NCBI GenBank assembly: GCA_964595565.1
Contig: CAZQQX010000001.1
Coordinates: 8,074 to 72,073, forward strand
Direction of reading: 5' to 3'
From: an uncultured Actinomycetota bacterium
GTDB lineage: Bacteria; Actinomycetota; Humimicrobiia; Humimicrobiales; Humimicrobiaceae
Length of the DNA: 64,000 nucleotides
Part shown: piece by piece, positions 18,188-27,414 of the stretch
Layout: each line of letters begins with the position of its first letter
Numbering within the stretch: the first letter of the stretch is position 1
Notes under the pieces: model-generated
What the model was told of the DNA's origin: nothing
The model's input: the letters and a program-made list of their open reading frames with translations, nothing else
Database searches by the model: none
Translations under genes and position numbers: made by a program

Positions 18188-18949
18188 ATGGAAATATATA
18201 AAGTATTTTTATATATAATATTTATTACATGCGGCCTTACTGCAGGCAGCTTTCTTGGAGTTGTTGCATACAGGCTTCCCCGTAAAATATCTATAATAAA
18301 GCCGCGTTCATTTTGCCCCCATTGCAGAAAAGAGATTCCTTTTTATGATAATATTCCTGTAATTTCCTATATTATGCTCAGGGGAAGATGCAGGTTCTGT
18401 AAGAATAAGATACCGGTAAATACACTATTAATAGAATTAATAACCGCAATAGTATTTGTATTAAATTATATTTTTTTTGGTTTATCCGTAAAAACAATAA
18501 GCGGGATTATTCTATGCATCGTTCTGATAGTAATATCTTTTATTGACATTGAATTTCAAATAATACCAAATGCGATAATACTTCCATTTACCATTGTGGG
18601 GCTGGCATTAAGCGTTTTTTTAAATTTAGAAAGATGGTGGATGCCTCTTGCATTCGGTGCCGGGGCTTTTTTGTTTATGCTTATAATTCACCTTATAATT
18701 CCCCGGGGAATGGGAATGGGTGATGTCAAGTTAAGTCTTATGGCAGGAGTGTTTCTGGTAAGGGATGTGATACCGGCACTGTTTCTGGGGTTTCTGACAG
18801 GTGCATTGTATGGTGTATTGCTGGTTATCGCAAGAAAAAGGAAATTAAAACAGCTAGTAGCATTCGGGCCCTTTATTTCACTGGGAAGTATAATTGCTTT
18901 ATTTTGGGGTAATAATATTTTAAAATGGTATGTAAGTTTTTTAAAATAA
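18188..18949 (+). CDS. pilD: Prepilin peptidase / N-methyltransferase
   Basis: PRSFCPHC...GRCRFC zinc motifs, FIDIE and GMGMGDVKL catalytic Asp residues, and AFGPF. Confidence 0.95.
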   Translation: MEIYKVFLYIIFITCGLTAGSFLGVVAYRLPRKISIIKPRSFCPHCRKEIPFYDNIPVISYIMLRGRCRFCKNKIPVNTLLIELITAIVFVLNYIFFGLSVKTISGIILCIVLIVISFIDIEFQIIPNAIILPFTIVGLALSVFLNLERWWMPLAFGAGAFLFMLIIHLIIPRGMGMGDVKLSLMAGVFLVRDVIPALFLGFLTGALYGVLLVIARKRKLKQLVAFGPFISLGSIIALFWGNNILKWYVSFLK

Positions 18950-18956
18950 AAAGAGA

Positions 18957-20126
18957 GTGATTAAAATGCTGGCAGTAGGATTAAATTTAAGTTCATCAAG
19001 ATTAAGTATTGTTGAGCTTTTAAAATCAAGAAATGGCTTTACTATTGCGAATATGGCAAGAGAAGAGATACCACCGGACTGTATGGTCAAAGGGGAAGTT
19101 CAGGATGCACAAATTCTTTCAAACAGTTTAAAGGAAGTCTGGAGAAAAAATAAGATTTCTGACAGGAAAGTCTTCATCGGAATTGCAAACCAGAAAGTGA
19201 TTGCAAAAGAAATCCGGATACCGGTTATAAATGACGATGAAATAAAGAATTCCATACAATACCAGATCAGTGATTTTATTCCCATACCCAGGAATAATAT
19301 TTTATATGATTATTACGTGGTTGAAAAAGGAGAGGACCATTCAAGAATAATGCTGGTAGGGGCGATGAAGAGCATGATAAATGATGTGGTTTCAAGTTTT
19401 AAAAAGGCCGGTCTGCTCGCACAGGCTATTGATTTAAACTGCTTTGCATTATACAGGACGGTAAACTATATAAAAGGAATTGAAAAAGATAAAGATGTAA
19501 AGAACAAGCATACAGCTTTTTGTGTCGCGAACCTTGGAGTGGAAATTTCAATAATAGAGATGATACAGGACTATAACTTAAAATATCCGAGATTTACGTC
19601 TACTTCTATAGGAAGCTTTACTAATGAGATTTCAAAGGAAACAAAAAAAGATGATAAATATTGCGGGGAAGTATTATCAAAATTTGATTTCAAATCCCTG
19701 CTGTTAAAGAAAAACGAACCAGAAAAGAAGAAGAAAGAAACCGGAGATTCTTTCATTAAACCTGAAGAAAAAGAGAGTAAAAATTCCGGTAAAGATAAAG
19801 TTAAAGATGAGCCTGACAGCGATAAAGTGAAAGAAATAATAAAAAGCACCACGGATAGGTTTATAGGGGAAATTAAATTATCGGTGGAACACTTCTTACA
19901 GGAAAATCCCAAATCAAGTGTGGGGAAAATTATTTTAACCGGTGAATATATAAGAAATATTGATAAATATATAGAACAGGAAATAGAATATAAAGTTGAA
20001 ATGTTAAATATAAACGATTATTTTCCATTAAAAAATATTAAAATAGCTGCGGGTTATAGTGAAGACGGGGGTTACATGCTTGACCCGGTAGCTATAGGCA
20101 TGGCATTAAGGGGCTTAAATCAATGA
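18957..20126 (+). CDS. pilM: Type IV pilus assembly protein PilM
   Basis: Actin-like N-terminus (VGLNLSSSRLSIVE), IQYQISDFIPIP, IILTG and C-terminal VAIGMALRG; first gene of an M-N-O series. Confidence 0.85.
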   Translation: MIKMLAVGLNLSSSRLSIVELLKSRNGFTIANMAREEIPPDCMVKGEVQDAQILSNSLKEVWRKNKISDRKVFIGIANQKVIAKEIRIPVINDDEIKNSIQYQISDFIPIPRNNILYDYYVVEKGEDHSRIMLVGAMKSMINDVVSSFKKAGLLAQAIDLNCFALYRTVNYIKGIEKDKDVKNKHTAFCVANLGVEISIIEMIQDYNLKYPRFTSTSIGSFTNEISKETKKDDKYCGEVLSKFDFKSLLLKKNEPEKKKKETGDSFIKPEEKESKNSGKDKVKDEPDSDKVKEIIKSTTDRFIGEIKLSVEHFLQENPKSSVGKIILTGEYIRNIDKYIEQEIEYKVEMLNINDYFPLKNIKIAAGYSEDGGYMLDPVAIGMALRGLNQ

Positions 20127-20824
20127 AAACTATAAACCTCCTTCCAAAGGAAGAGAGAGTTAGAGATGTAAAAAGTATAATGCTTGGCGCGGTGATGGTA
20201 ATATTAATAATATTATTAATAGCAGCGGCCGGCTTTTCCTTTATAATTTACAACGTTAACCGCGGTCTAACACCGGAGCTGGAAAATTACGAAAGAGTAA
20301 ATATGCAGCTAAATAATTATATAAATAAATTACAGGCCTATACCAGTTTTAAAGAAGAAGTAAACAAGAAAGCTAAAGTTATAGAATATTTAAAGGCCAG
20401 GGAAATATTATGGTCGGACATACTTTATGATTTTGGAGAAAATATGCCGGAAAATGCTTATATTGATTATATGGAGGGTGACAGTGAGAGGTTTTATTCG
20501 TTAATTTCCAGCCTTGAAGAGGGTGAAGTTGAAGAGATAAATAAAGTATTATTATTTACAATTTCGGGAAATGCGCTTGATTACAAAGATGTTACGAGAT
20601 TACTGGTTTATTTAAGAAATATGGAAAATATAGGAGAAGTATGGATTAACAATATCAGTAAGGATTATGTAACAAGCTCCAATTTGGATGTATTATCTTT
20701 TAATATCAGCGCATATCTTGACATAGGGCCATATATAGAAGAACTGGGTCTGGATGAAGTTGAAAAAGAAGAGACCGGCGACGAAGAAATACTGGACCAG
20801 GAACTGGAGATGCTGAATCAGTAA
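20123..20824 (+). CDS. pilN: Type IV pilus assembly protein PilN
   Basis: N-terminal INLLP motif, a TM helix, a coiled coil and WSDIL. Confidence 0.85.
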   Translation: MKTINLLPKEERVRDVKSIMLGAVMVILIILLIAAAGFSFIIYNVNRGLTPELENYERVNMQLNNYINKLQAYTSFKEEVNKKAKVIEYLKAREILWSDILYDFGENMPENAYIDYMEGDSERFYSLISSLEEGEVEEINKVLLFTISGNALDYKDVTRLLVYLRNMENIGEVWINNISKDYVTSSNLDVLSFNISAYLDIGPYIEELGLDEVEKEETGDEEILDQELEMLNQ

Positions 20825-20860
20825 ATGTAGATAAATTAATAAATATTTTTTTATATTAAT

Positions 20861-21400
20861 ATGAATATTAAAATTAAAATAATTATAATAATAGCAATTT
20901 TTCTGGTGATTGTTTTACTTACGGTACTGGTTCTTGTTCCCAATCTGACTGCAAGTATTAAAAACAATGCTTCTATTGAAAGAGAAAAAGAAGAAAATAA
21001 AGCATTGATGGAGAATTTGAACAATCTTATTCTGGTAAGGGATGAATATCATTTAATGAATGCAGAATACCAGAAGTATTCATTACAACTCCCGACAGGC
21101 GGCGATAACAGTATTTTTACCAATGAGATTTATGATATTGCCAGTTACTCAGATGTGGATATTTACTCTATTAATTATTCAGAAAAAACTGTAAGTGAGG
21201 AAGAAGAAAAAATGGGCCTGGTTATAACTGAGGCCGATTTAATTATAGATGGTTCTTATTATGATATATTAAACTTCATAAACACGGTTGAAAAAATTCC
21301 GAGGATAGCAAAGGTCAATAAAATAATAATTCAATCTACGGGTAGCGAGTATGAATATTTGAGCGCCAATATAAGAATTGAATTGTATTATAAAAAATAA
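20861..21400 (+). CDS. pilO: Type IV pilus assembly protein PilO
   Basis: N-terminal TM, coiled coil, QLP and GSYYDILNFINTVEKIPRI motifs. Confidence 0.85.
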   Translation: MNIKIKIIIIIAIFLVIVLLTVLVLVPNLTASIKNNASIEREKEENKALMENLNNLILVRDEYHLMNAEYQKYSLQLPTGGDNSIFTNEIYDIASYSDVDIYSINYSEKTVSEEEEKMGLVITEADLIIDGSYYDILNFINTVEKIPRIAKVNKIIIQSTGSEYEYLSANIRIELYYKK

Positions 21401-21411
21401 ATTAAAAAAAT

Positions 21412-21951
21412 ATGATATTTAAAAAAAGTAAAAAAATAATTCCATCAAAGAGTTTTAACGTTAAGGATATTATAATTGCAGCCGGCTTTATAACGGTCTT
21501 TATTATTATGTCCATATCTGTTTATGGATGTTCTGTCATTAATCTCATGAGTAAAGACTATAGCGACGCAAAAGAGGAACCGGTTCTGCCAGAAGTTGAA
21601 ATAGATGAAAGCGAAGTTGAAGAAATTAAAAAGGGGGAAGAAGATATAAAGAAAGGCTATGTTATTGAAAGCGAAATCAAACTAATTGATGATTCAATAA
21701 GAGACCCATTTAAACCATTTTATATAGTAGAAGAAGAGGAAAAAGAAAATATTATTACACTGGAGAGAATCTTTAGCAAAGATGGGGTTGAATATGCCGA
21801 AATAAATTTTAATGAATATATTTATAATTTGAAAGAGTCTGATACTCTATCAGATGTTTATTTAATCAAGGCAATAAATATAAACTCGTTGGTATTATTA
21901 AAGGGAGACGAAATAATAACCCTGTATATCGGAATTCCGGTATACGACTGA
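21412..21951 (+). CDS. PilP-like putative lipoprotein
   Basis: Lipobox-like SVYGC after a hydrophobic stretch, acidic linker, RDPFKPF motif and beta-rich C-terminus. It sits immediately after pilO. Confidence 0.55.
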   Translation: MIFKKSKKIIPSKSFNVKDIIIAAGFITVFIIMSISVYGCSVINLMSKDYSDAKEEPVLPEVEIDESEVEEIKKGEEDIKKGYVIESEIKLIDDSIRDPFKPFYIVEEEEKENIITLERIFSKDGVEYAEINFNEYIYNLKESDTLSDVYLIKAININSLVLLKGDEIITLYIGIPVYD

Positions 21952-21967
21952 AAAAGGTGTTTAAAAT

Positions 21968-23143
21968 TTGAGATTTCTAACAGCCGGTGAGTCTCACGGA
22001 AAATATCTTACAGGAATTATAGATGAATATCCTTCAGGTGTTGAAATTGATGTAGATTTATTAAACAGAGAGCTTCACAGAAGACAGAGCGGTTTTGGAA
22101 GAGGCGGAAGGATGTCCATAGAAGATGACACCATAGAGATAATTTCCGGAGTAAGGAAAGGTAAAACTACTGGTTCCCCGGTATCTTTTATTATAGCAAA
22201 CAGGGACTGGGATAACTGGAAAGAGATAATGGATACAGGTCCACGGGGTAAAGAAAGGGACAGGGGTGGAGATAAATTATTGAATCCCAGGCCGGGACAT
22301 GCAGATTTAAATGGTTATATAAAATACAGGCTTGATGATATAAGAGATGTAATAGAGAGAAGCAGTGCAAGAGAGACAGCGGCAAGAGTGGCCGTGGGTT
22401 GTTTTGCCAGGATAATCTTAAAATTGCTTGGAATAAGTATATTCAGTTATGTATATCAGATAGGAAATATTGTATTGGGGAACAGAGTAAAAGAAGGAAG
22501 AATAAATGAGAGCACGCTAAAAGAAATTGAATCATCAGAAGTCAGGTGCCCCGATAAAGAAATTAGTTTAAAAATGAAGGAAGAAATAACCAGAGTAATC
22601 AAAAATGGCGACAGCATTGGAGGAAAATTCAGGGTCATTGCCACAGGGATACCTCCGGGTCTTGGCTCATATGAGCAATGGGATAAAAGGATTGACTCAA
22701 GGATAGCGGGTTTGTTTATGAGCATACCTGCAGTAAAAGCTATTGAAATCGGGGACGGGTTTATGGCACCATATATAACCGGGATTAATTTCCATGATAA
22801 AATTTACTATAAAAAAGGTACCGGTTTTTATAGAAAAACAAACAGAGCCGGAGGGATAGAGGGAGGAATAACAAACGGGGAATCGGTTGTTATAGGGGTA
22901 AGTATGAAGCCGGTACCCACCACATCTAAAGGTCCTGGCACGGTTAATATAAAAACAAAAAAAGCCTCAGCAAGCCTTAAAGAAAGGTCGGATGTCTGTG
23001 TGGTTCCGGCTGCTTCAGTGATTGGCGAATCAATGTTATCCATAGTGATTTTAAATGAAATACAGGAAAAGTTTGGTAAGGATAATATAGATGAAATTTT
23101 AGAAAATTATAAAAACTATAAAAAATATATTGGAAAAATTTAA
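21968..23143 (+). CDS. aroC: Chorismate synthase
   Basis: TAGESHG, PRPGHAD, ERSSARETAARVA, GGIEGGITNG and MKPVPT motifs. Confidence 0.97.
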   Translation: MRFLTAGESHGKYLTGIIDEYPSGVEIDVDLLNRELHRRQSGFGRGGRMSIEDDTIEIISGVRKGKTTGSPVSFIIANRDWDNWKEIMDTGPRGKERDRGGDKLLNPRPGHADLNGYIKYRLDDIRDVIERSSARETAARVAVGCFARIILKLLGISIFSYVYQIGNIVLGNRVKEGRINESTLKEIESSEVRCPDKEISLKMKEEITRVIKNGDSIGGKFRVIATGIPPGLGSYEQWDKRIDSRIAGLFMSIPAVKAIEIGDGFMAPYITGINFHDKIYYKKGTGFYRKTNRAGGIEGGITNGESVVIGVSMKPVPTTSKGPGTVNIKTKKASASLKERSDVCVVPAASVIGESMLSIVILNEIQEKFGKDNIDEILENYKNYKKYIGKI

Positions 23144-23149
23144 CATGAT

Positions 23150-23662
23150 ATGGATTACAAGAACATATCTCTTATAGGTTTTATGGGTTCCGGTAAAACT
23201 ACGCTGGGAAGAATACTGGCAGCGGAAAAAAATTTTTTGTTTATTGACCTGGATAGAATAATTGAGTTAGAGGAAAATAAAAGAATAAAAGATATATTTA
23301 AAATATATGGAGAGGATTATTTCAGAAATTTAGAGTCAGAAGTAATAAAAAAAATATATATAAACAAAAATTGCATTTTTGCCTGTGGGGGCGGAGTTGT
23401 AAACAGAAGCAAAAATATGGGAATAATAAGGAGGAACAGCCTGGTAATTTATTTAAGCGTTTCTCCTGAAAATGTTTTTAAGCGTTTAAAAAATACAGGA
23501 GATAGACCTCTTATTGAAGTAGAAAACAGGGAAGAGGCTATAAGAAATCTGGCCGGTAAAAGAGATAAGCTTTACAGAAAATATGCAGATATAATTATAA
23601 ATAATGACCGGGATGAACCTGCCGGGGCTTCGGGGCGAATATTAAACCTGCTTAACTCCTGA
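23150..23662 (+). CDS. aroK: Shikimate kinase
   Basis: GFMGSGKTT, FRNLE, CGGGVV and RPL motifs. Confidence 0.95.
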   Translation: MDYKNISLIGFMGSGKTTLGRILAAEKNFLFIDLDRIIELEENKRIKDIFKIYGEDYFRNLESEVIKKIYINKNCIFACGGGVVNRSKNMGIIRRNSLVIYLSVSPENVFKRLKNTGDRPLIEVENREEAIRNLAGKRDKLYRKYADIIINNDRDEPAGASGRILNLLNS

Positions 23663-23700
23663 GTAACCTTAAAATAAATATGTGGATAACCAAAAAGTAA

Positions 23701-24810
23701 ATGAAAATAGTTAAAGTTAAAACAATTTTAAAAAAGTACCCTGTATATACAGACACTGTTTTTAAAGATTTTTTACCGGAACTGATAAAAAAAAGGTTTG
23801 AAGATTGCGAAAAAATCCTCCTTGTAACCAACGATAAAATATATGGAATTTATAAAAAAACCATAAAAGATTCTCTCGGAGGATGCGGGCTTCCGAGTGA
23901 GATTGCAATAATAAGGGATGGCGAAGAATTTAAAAGCCAGGAAAGTGTTGATTACCTGTATGGAAGCCTTATCGACTTTAATGTACACAGAAATGATGTT
24001 GTCGTTTCATTTGGAGGAGGAGTAATAGGTGATATAGCGGGATTTGCAGCTGCTACATTTCACAGGGGAATTAAGTTTATCCAGTGCCCCACAACTATAA
24101 TAGGGCAGGTTGACAGTAGCATAGGCGGAAAAGTGGGTGTTAATTATAGTAATATAAAAAATATAATCGGAAGTTTCTATCAACCTGATGCAGTTGTTAT
24201 TGACCCGGAATTCATATATACACTTGATGAAGACCAGATAATAAACGGGCTGGGTGAAATAGTAAAATACGGGATAGTATTTGATAAAGAAATACTGGAA
24301 AAACTGGAAGGAAATGTATGCAGTGATGATAGAGATAGATTATTTAAACTTGTTAAGAAAAAAGTATTCAGGGATATTATATACAGGTGCTGTTATATAA
24401 AAGCAAAGGTAATTGAGAAAGATGAATTTGATACCGGCTACAGAAATTTATTAAATTTTGGGCATACAATAGGTCACAGTATAGAAAATGTCTTCAATCT
24501 TAAAGATATAAACCATGGTAAGGCTGTTAGTATCGGAATGATAATAGCAATGGATATATCAATTTCACTTGGTCTGTTAAAAAAAGAATTTAAAGACAGA
24601 ATAATAGAATTGTATAAAAAGCTAAAACTACCCTTCAGATTGCCGGAGATAAATCTGGCTAAAATTATTGATGTAATAAAATATGATAAGAAATTTAAGT
24701 CTTCCAAGAATAAATTTGTTCTTCTTAAAGGTCTAAACAAACCTGTTTTCTATTATAACCTCAGTAAGGGTACAATTGTTGATAATATAAAAAAAAGTAT
24801 GTATAATTAA
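23701..24810 (+). CDS. aroB: 3-dehydroquinate synthase
   Basis: GGGVIGD, PTTIIGQVDSSIGGKVGVN, LNFGHTIGHSIE and HGKAV motifs. Confidence 0.95.
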   Translation: MKIVKVKTILKKYPVYTDTVFKDFLPELIKKRFEDCEKILLVTNDKIYGIYKKTIKDSLGGCGLPSEIAIIRDGEEFKSQESVDYLYGSLIDFNVHRNDVVVSFGGGVIGDIAGFAAATFHRGIKFIQCPTTIIGQVDSSIGGKVGVNYSNIKNIIGSFYQPDAVVIDPEFIYTLDEDQIINGLGEIVKYGIVFDKEILEKLEGNVCSDDRDRLFKLVKKKVFRDIIYRCCYIKAKVIEKDEFDTGYRNLLNFGHTIGHSIENVFNLKDINHGKAVSIGMIIAMDISISLGLLKKEFKDRIIELYKKLKLPFRLPEINLAKIIDVIKYDKKFKSSKNKFVLLKGLNKPVFYYNLSKGTIVDNIKKSMYN

Positions 24811-24930
24811 ATAGAAATATATATAAGGAATATATCAAATATATTATTAATAGTTGAGCAGAGACTGAATTTTATACTAATTTTATTAATATACCGGGTT
24901 TGTAAATTTTTATTATAGGAAAAAGAAAAA

Positions 24931-25362
24931 ATGAAAAGAATTATTATAATTAACGGACCTAATTTAAATTTGCTGGGTGAAAGAGAAGAAGAAATATATG
25001 GAGAAAAAAGTTTCAATGATGTAGAAAGAGAGCTTGACGAAGTTGTAAAAGGAAAAGCAGAACTCCTGTATTTCCAGTCCAATCATGAAGGAGAGATTAT
25101 AGATAAAATTCATGAGTGTATGGGTAGTATAGACTGTATTATTATAAACCCCGGAGCATTAACCCACTATAGCTATGGTATTTATGATGCCATAGTGGCG
25201 AGTAAAATCAGAACCATAGAAGTGCATATATCAAATATATTCAGAAGAGAAGATTGGAGAGGAAAGTCTGTTGTATCTCCTGCTGCATCGGGTATTATAA
25301 TCGGGCTGGGTATGGATGTATACAGAATAGCGGTTGAATATATAATTAATTATAATGATTGA
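24931..25362 (+). CDS. aroQ: Type II 3-dehydroquinate dehydratase
   Basis: NGPNLNLLGERE..IYG, QSNHEG, NPGALTHYS and EVHISN motifs. Confidence 0.95.
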   Translation: MKRIIIINGPNLNLLGEREEEIYGEKSFNDVERELDEVVKGKAELLYFQSNHEGEIIDKIHECMGSIDCIIINPGALTHYSYGIYDAIVASKIRTIEVHISNIFRREDWRGKSVVSPAASGIIIGLGMDVYRIAVEYIINYND

Positions 25363-25374
25363 TAAAAAAGTAAA

Positions 25375-26697
25375 ATGTTAAGCAGATATTTAAAGGTTAT
25401 TAAAAAATATATAAATAAGGAATTAAATTTAAAACAGGAAGATGGCTTTAGCCTTGTGGAGGTGATAGTAGCTTTTTTTATAATGTCTATTATAACTGTC
25501 GTGCTGGTAAGGGGAACTATGATCGCGGTTGATACTATAAAAGTAAATAAAGCAAAAACTAAAGCTTTAGCGGTTGCCAGTGAAAAAATGGAGCTCATAA
25601 GGGCAATGGATTATGAAGGCATTGAGCTTACATCCGTAAATCCTGACTGGGGTGAGGATAACCCTGCGCTTATTGAAGATGGTTATGGTATAAGCTATGA
25701 AGTCAGTGAAGTTTATGTAAGTGGAAGTAGCTATAAGCAGATAAAGTTATCTATCTCAAAAGATCCGATGAATACAGCGATAAATGTAATTACACAGATT
25801 TATCCCCTGGCAGGGGGCGGGGAAGGAACAAACCCGGGCGACACTACACCGCCTGAGGCACCGACCGGGCTGGTAGCTACAGCAACCGGCTCATACAGTA
25901 TAGACCTTGACTGGGATGACAACACAGAGCCAGACCTGGCAGGATATAAAGTATACAGGGATACTGTAAGCGGATTTACACCCGATGGCGGTAATTTTGT
26001 AGCAGATGCGACTTCAAGTTTGTATTCTGATACTGGACTAACTGCCACAACAACGTATTATTACAGAGTAACAGCAGTGGATAACAGCAGTAATGAGTCA
26101 GACCCATCTATTCAGGCAGACGCTACGACATTATCAGGAAGTGACACTACACCGCCTGAGGCACCGACCGGGCTGGTAGCTACAGCAACCGGCTCATACA
26201 GTATAGACCTTGACTGGGATGACAACACAGAGCCAGACCTGGCAGGATATAAAGTATACAGGGATACTGTAAGCGGATTTACACCCGATGGCGGTAATTT
26301 TGTAGCAGATGCGACTTCAAGTTTGTATTCTGATACTGGACTAACTGCCACAACAACGTATTATTACAGAGTAACAGCAGTGGATAACAGCAGTAATGAG
26401 TCAGACCCATCTATTCAGGCAGACGCTACGACATTATTAGAATATACTTATATAAGTTTACCGTTTGAGCATGATGGGGCAGGAGAATATTATTGGAAAT
26501 CAGACGGGTTTTCAACTGACCCGGGGGATTGGGCAAGCTATGTGAACTCATGGAGCCTAGACATTCTTGAGATTAACGGGGTAAATTATACCAATAAGTG
26601 GAAGGCACAACATGATATACCGCCAGAAAGTGACGGTTACTGGTATATTTATTATAAAGCAAGTTCTAAGAATGGTCATATAGAAATTGGTCCATAG
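25375..26697 (+). CDS. Minor pilin (PilV/GspI-like) with two Fn3 domains and a C-terminal CBM64-like module
   Basis: Class III signal QEDG/FSLVEVIV; PilV-like helix KAKTKALAVASEKMELIR; two DTTPPEAPTGL...WDDNTEPDLAGYKVYR...YYYRVTAVD Fn3 repeats; C-terminal LPFEHDGAGEYYWK...DW..YVNSW...DGYWYI module. Confidence 0.8.
   Translation: MLSRYLKVIKKYINKELNLKQEDGFSLVEVIVAFFIMSIITVVLVRGTMIAVDTIKVNKAKTKALAVASEKMELIRAMDYEGIELTSVNPDWGEDNPALIEDGYGISYEVSEVYVSGSSYKQIKLSISKDPMNTAINVITQIYPLAGGGEGTNPGDTTPPEAPTGLVATATGSYSIDLDWDDNTEPDLAGYKVYRDTVSGFTPDGGNFVADATSSLYSDTGLTATTTYYYRVTAVDNSSNESDPSIQADATTLSGSDTTPPEAPTGLVATATGSYSIDLDWDDNTEPDLAGYKVYRDTVSGFTPDGGNFVADATSSLYSDTGLTATTTYYYRVTAVDNSSNESDPSIQADATTLLEYTYISLPFEHDGAGEYYWKSDGFSTDPGDWASYVNSWSLDILEINGVNYTNKWKAQHDIPPESDGYWYIYYKASSKNGHIEIGP
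25840..26437 (+). repeat. Perfect tandem duplication, 2 x 295 bp (period 303 bp = 101 codons)
   Basis: 25840-26134 and 26143-26437 read identical base for base by eye; each encodes one Fn3 domain. Confidence 0.9.
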
Positions 26698-26806
26698 GGT
26701 AATGGTATTTAAATTAATTTATATAAGAATTATTTTTGGAGTTTGGGTAAATGAAAGAAGTTATAATTATATAAATAGTTTAATAAAAATATAAGAGATA
26801 AACTAA

Positions 26807-27388
26807 ATGATTAAGTTACGAGGAAAAATTTTTAAAAAGATAACAGATAATAAGGGTTTTACAATGATTGAGATGCTTCTGGTAGTTCTTCTTATTGTCG
26901 TTATTGTAAGCATGGTTTCGGCTACATATCTCCTATCGGGAAATACATCAAGAGATATTGTTGATATAACCACTTCAATGATAGACTCAAGGGTTGTTAT
27001 ATACAGATTGACCAAAGACTTAAGGGAATCATCTGATATAACTCAGGCATATGCAGACAGTATAATTTTTACAAGCAACGTTGATGATGATGGGGATGAT
27101 GAGGTAGTAAATTACTATTTAACAGCTGTAGGTAGTTATTATGAACTTTACAGGAAAATAGATACAGAGCCTGCTAAATTTGTAGCCACCAATATAATTG
27201 ATAATAACCTATTTACTTATTATACAGATATAGGAACTCCAGAAGGAGGAGTTGTCACTCCTGTTAGTGCAGAAGAGTTAGGAAATATAAAATTAATTGG
27301 AATTGAACTGAAAATTGACCAGAGCGGAGGAGATACCCAGAGAAAAATGGAACTTGAAACTGTTGTTTCTCTGAGAAATAGAATATAA
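26807..27388 (+). CDS. Minor pilin (PilW/GspJ-like)
   Basis: Class III signal DNKG/FTMIEMLLVV with Glu5; RLTKDLRES helix; C-terminal TVVSLRN. Confidence 0.8.
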   Translation: MIKLRGKIFKKITDNKGFTMIEMLLVVLLIVVIVSMVSATYLLSGNTSRDIVDITTSMIDSRVVIYRLTKDLRESSDITQAYADSIIFTSNVDDDGDDEVVNYYLTAVGSYYELYRKIDTEPAKFVATNIIDNNLFTYYTDIGTPEGGVVTPVSAEELGNIKLIGIELKIDQSGGDTQRKMELETVVSLRNRI

Positions 27389-27414
27389 ATTATTTTTTAT
27401 ATAATATTTTTAAA

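Noticed and set aside
25800-26351. Two near-identical minus-strand ORFs (25800-26048 and 26112-26351)
   Set aside because: They are the antisense reading of the duplicated Fn3 unit, not independent genes.
26675-26750. GGGTAA hexamers upstream of the PilW-like gene as further SigB-type promoters
   Set aside because: No acceptable -35 element at 12-14 nt spacing.
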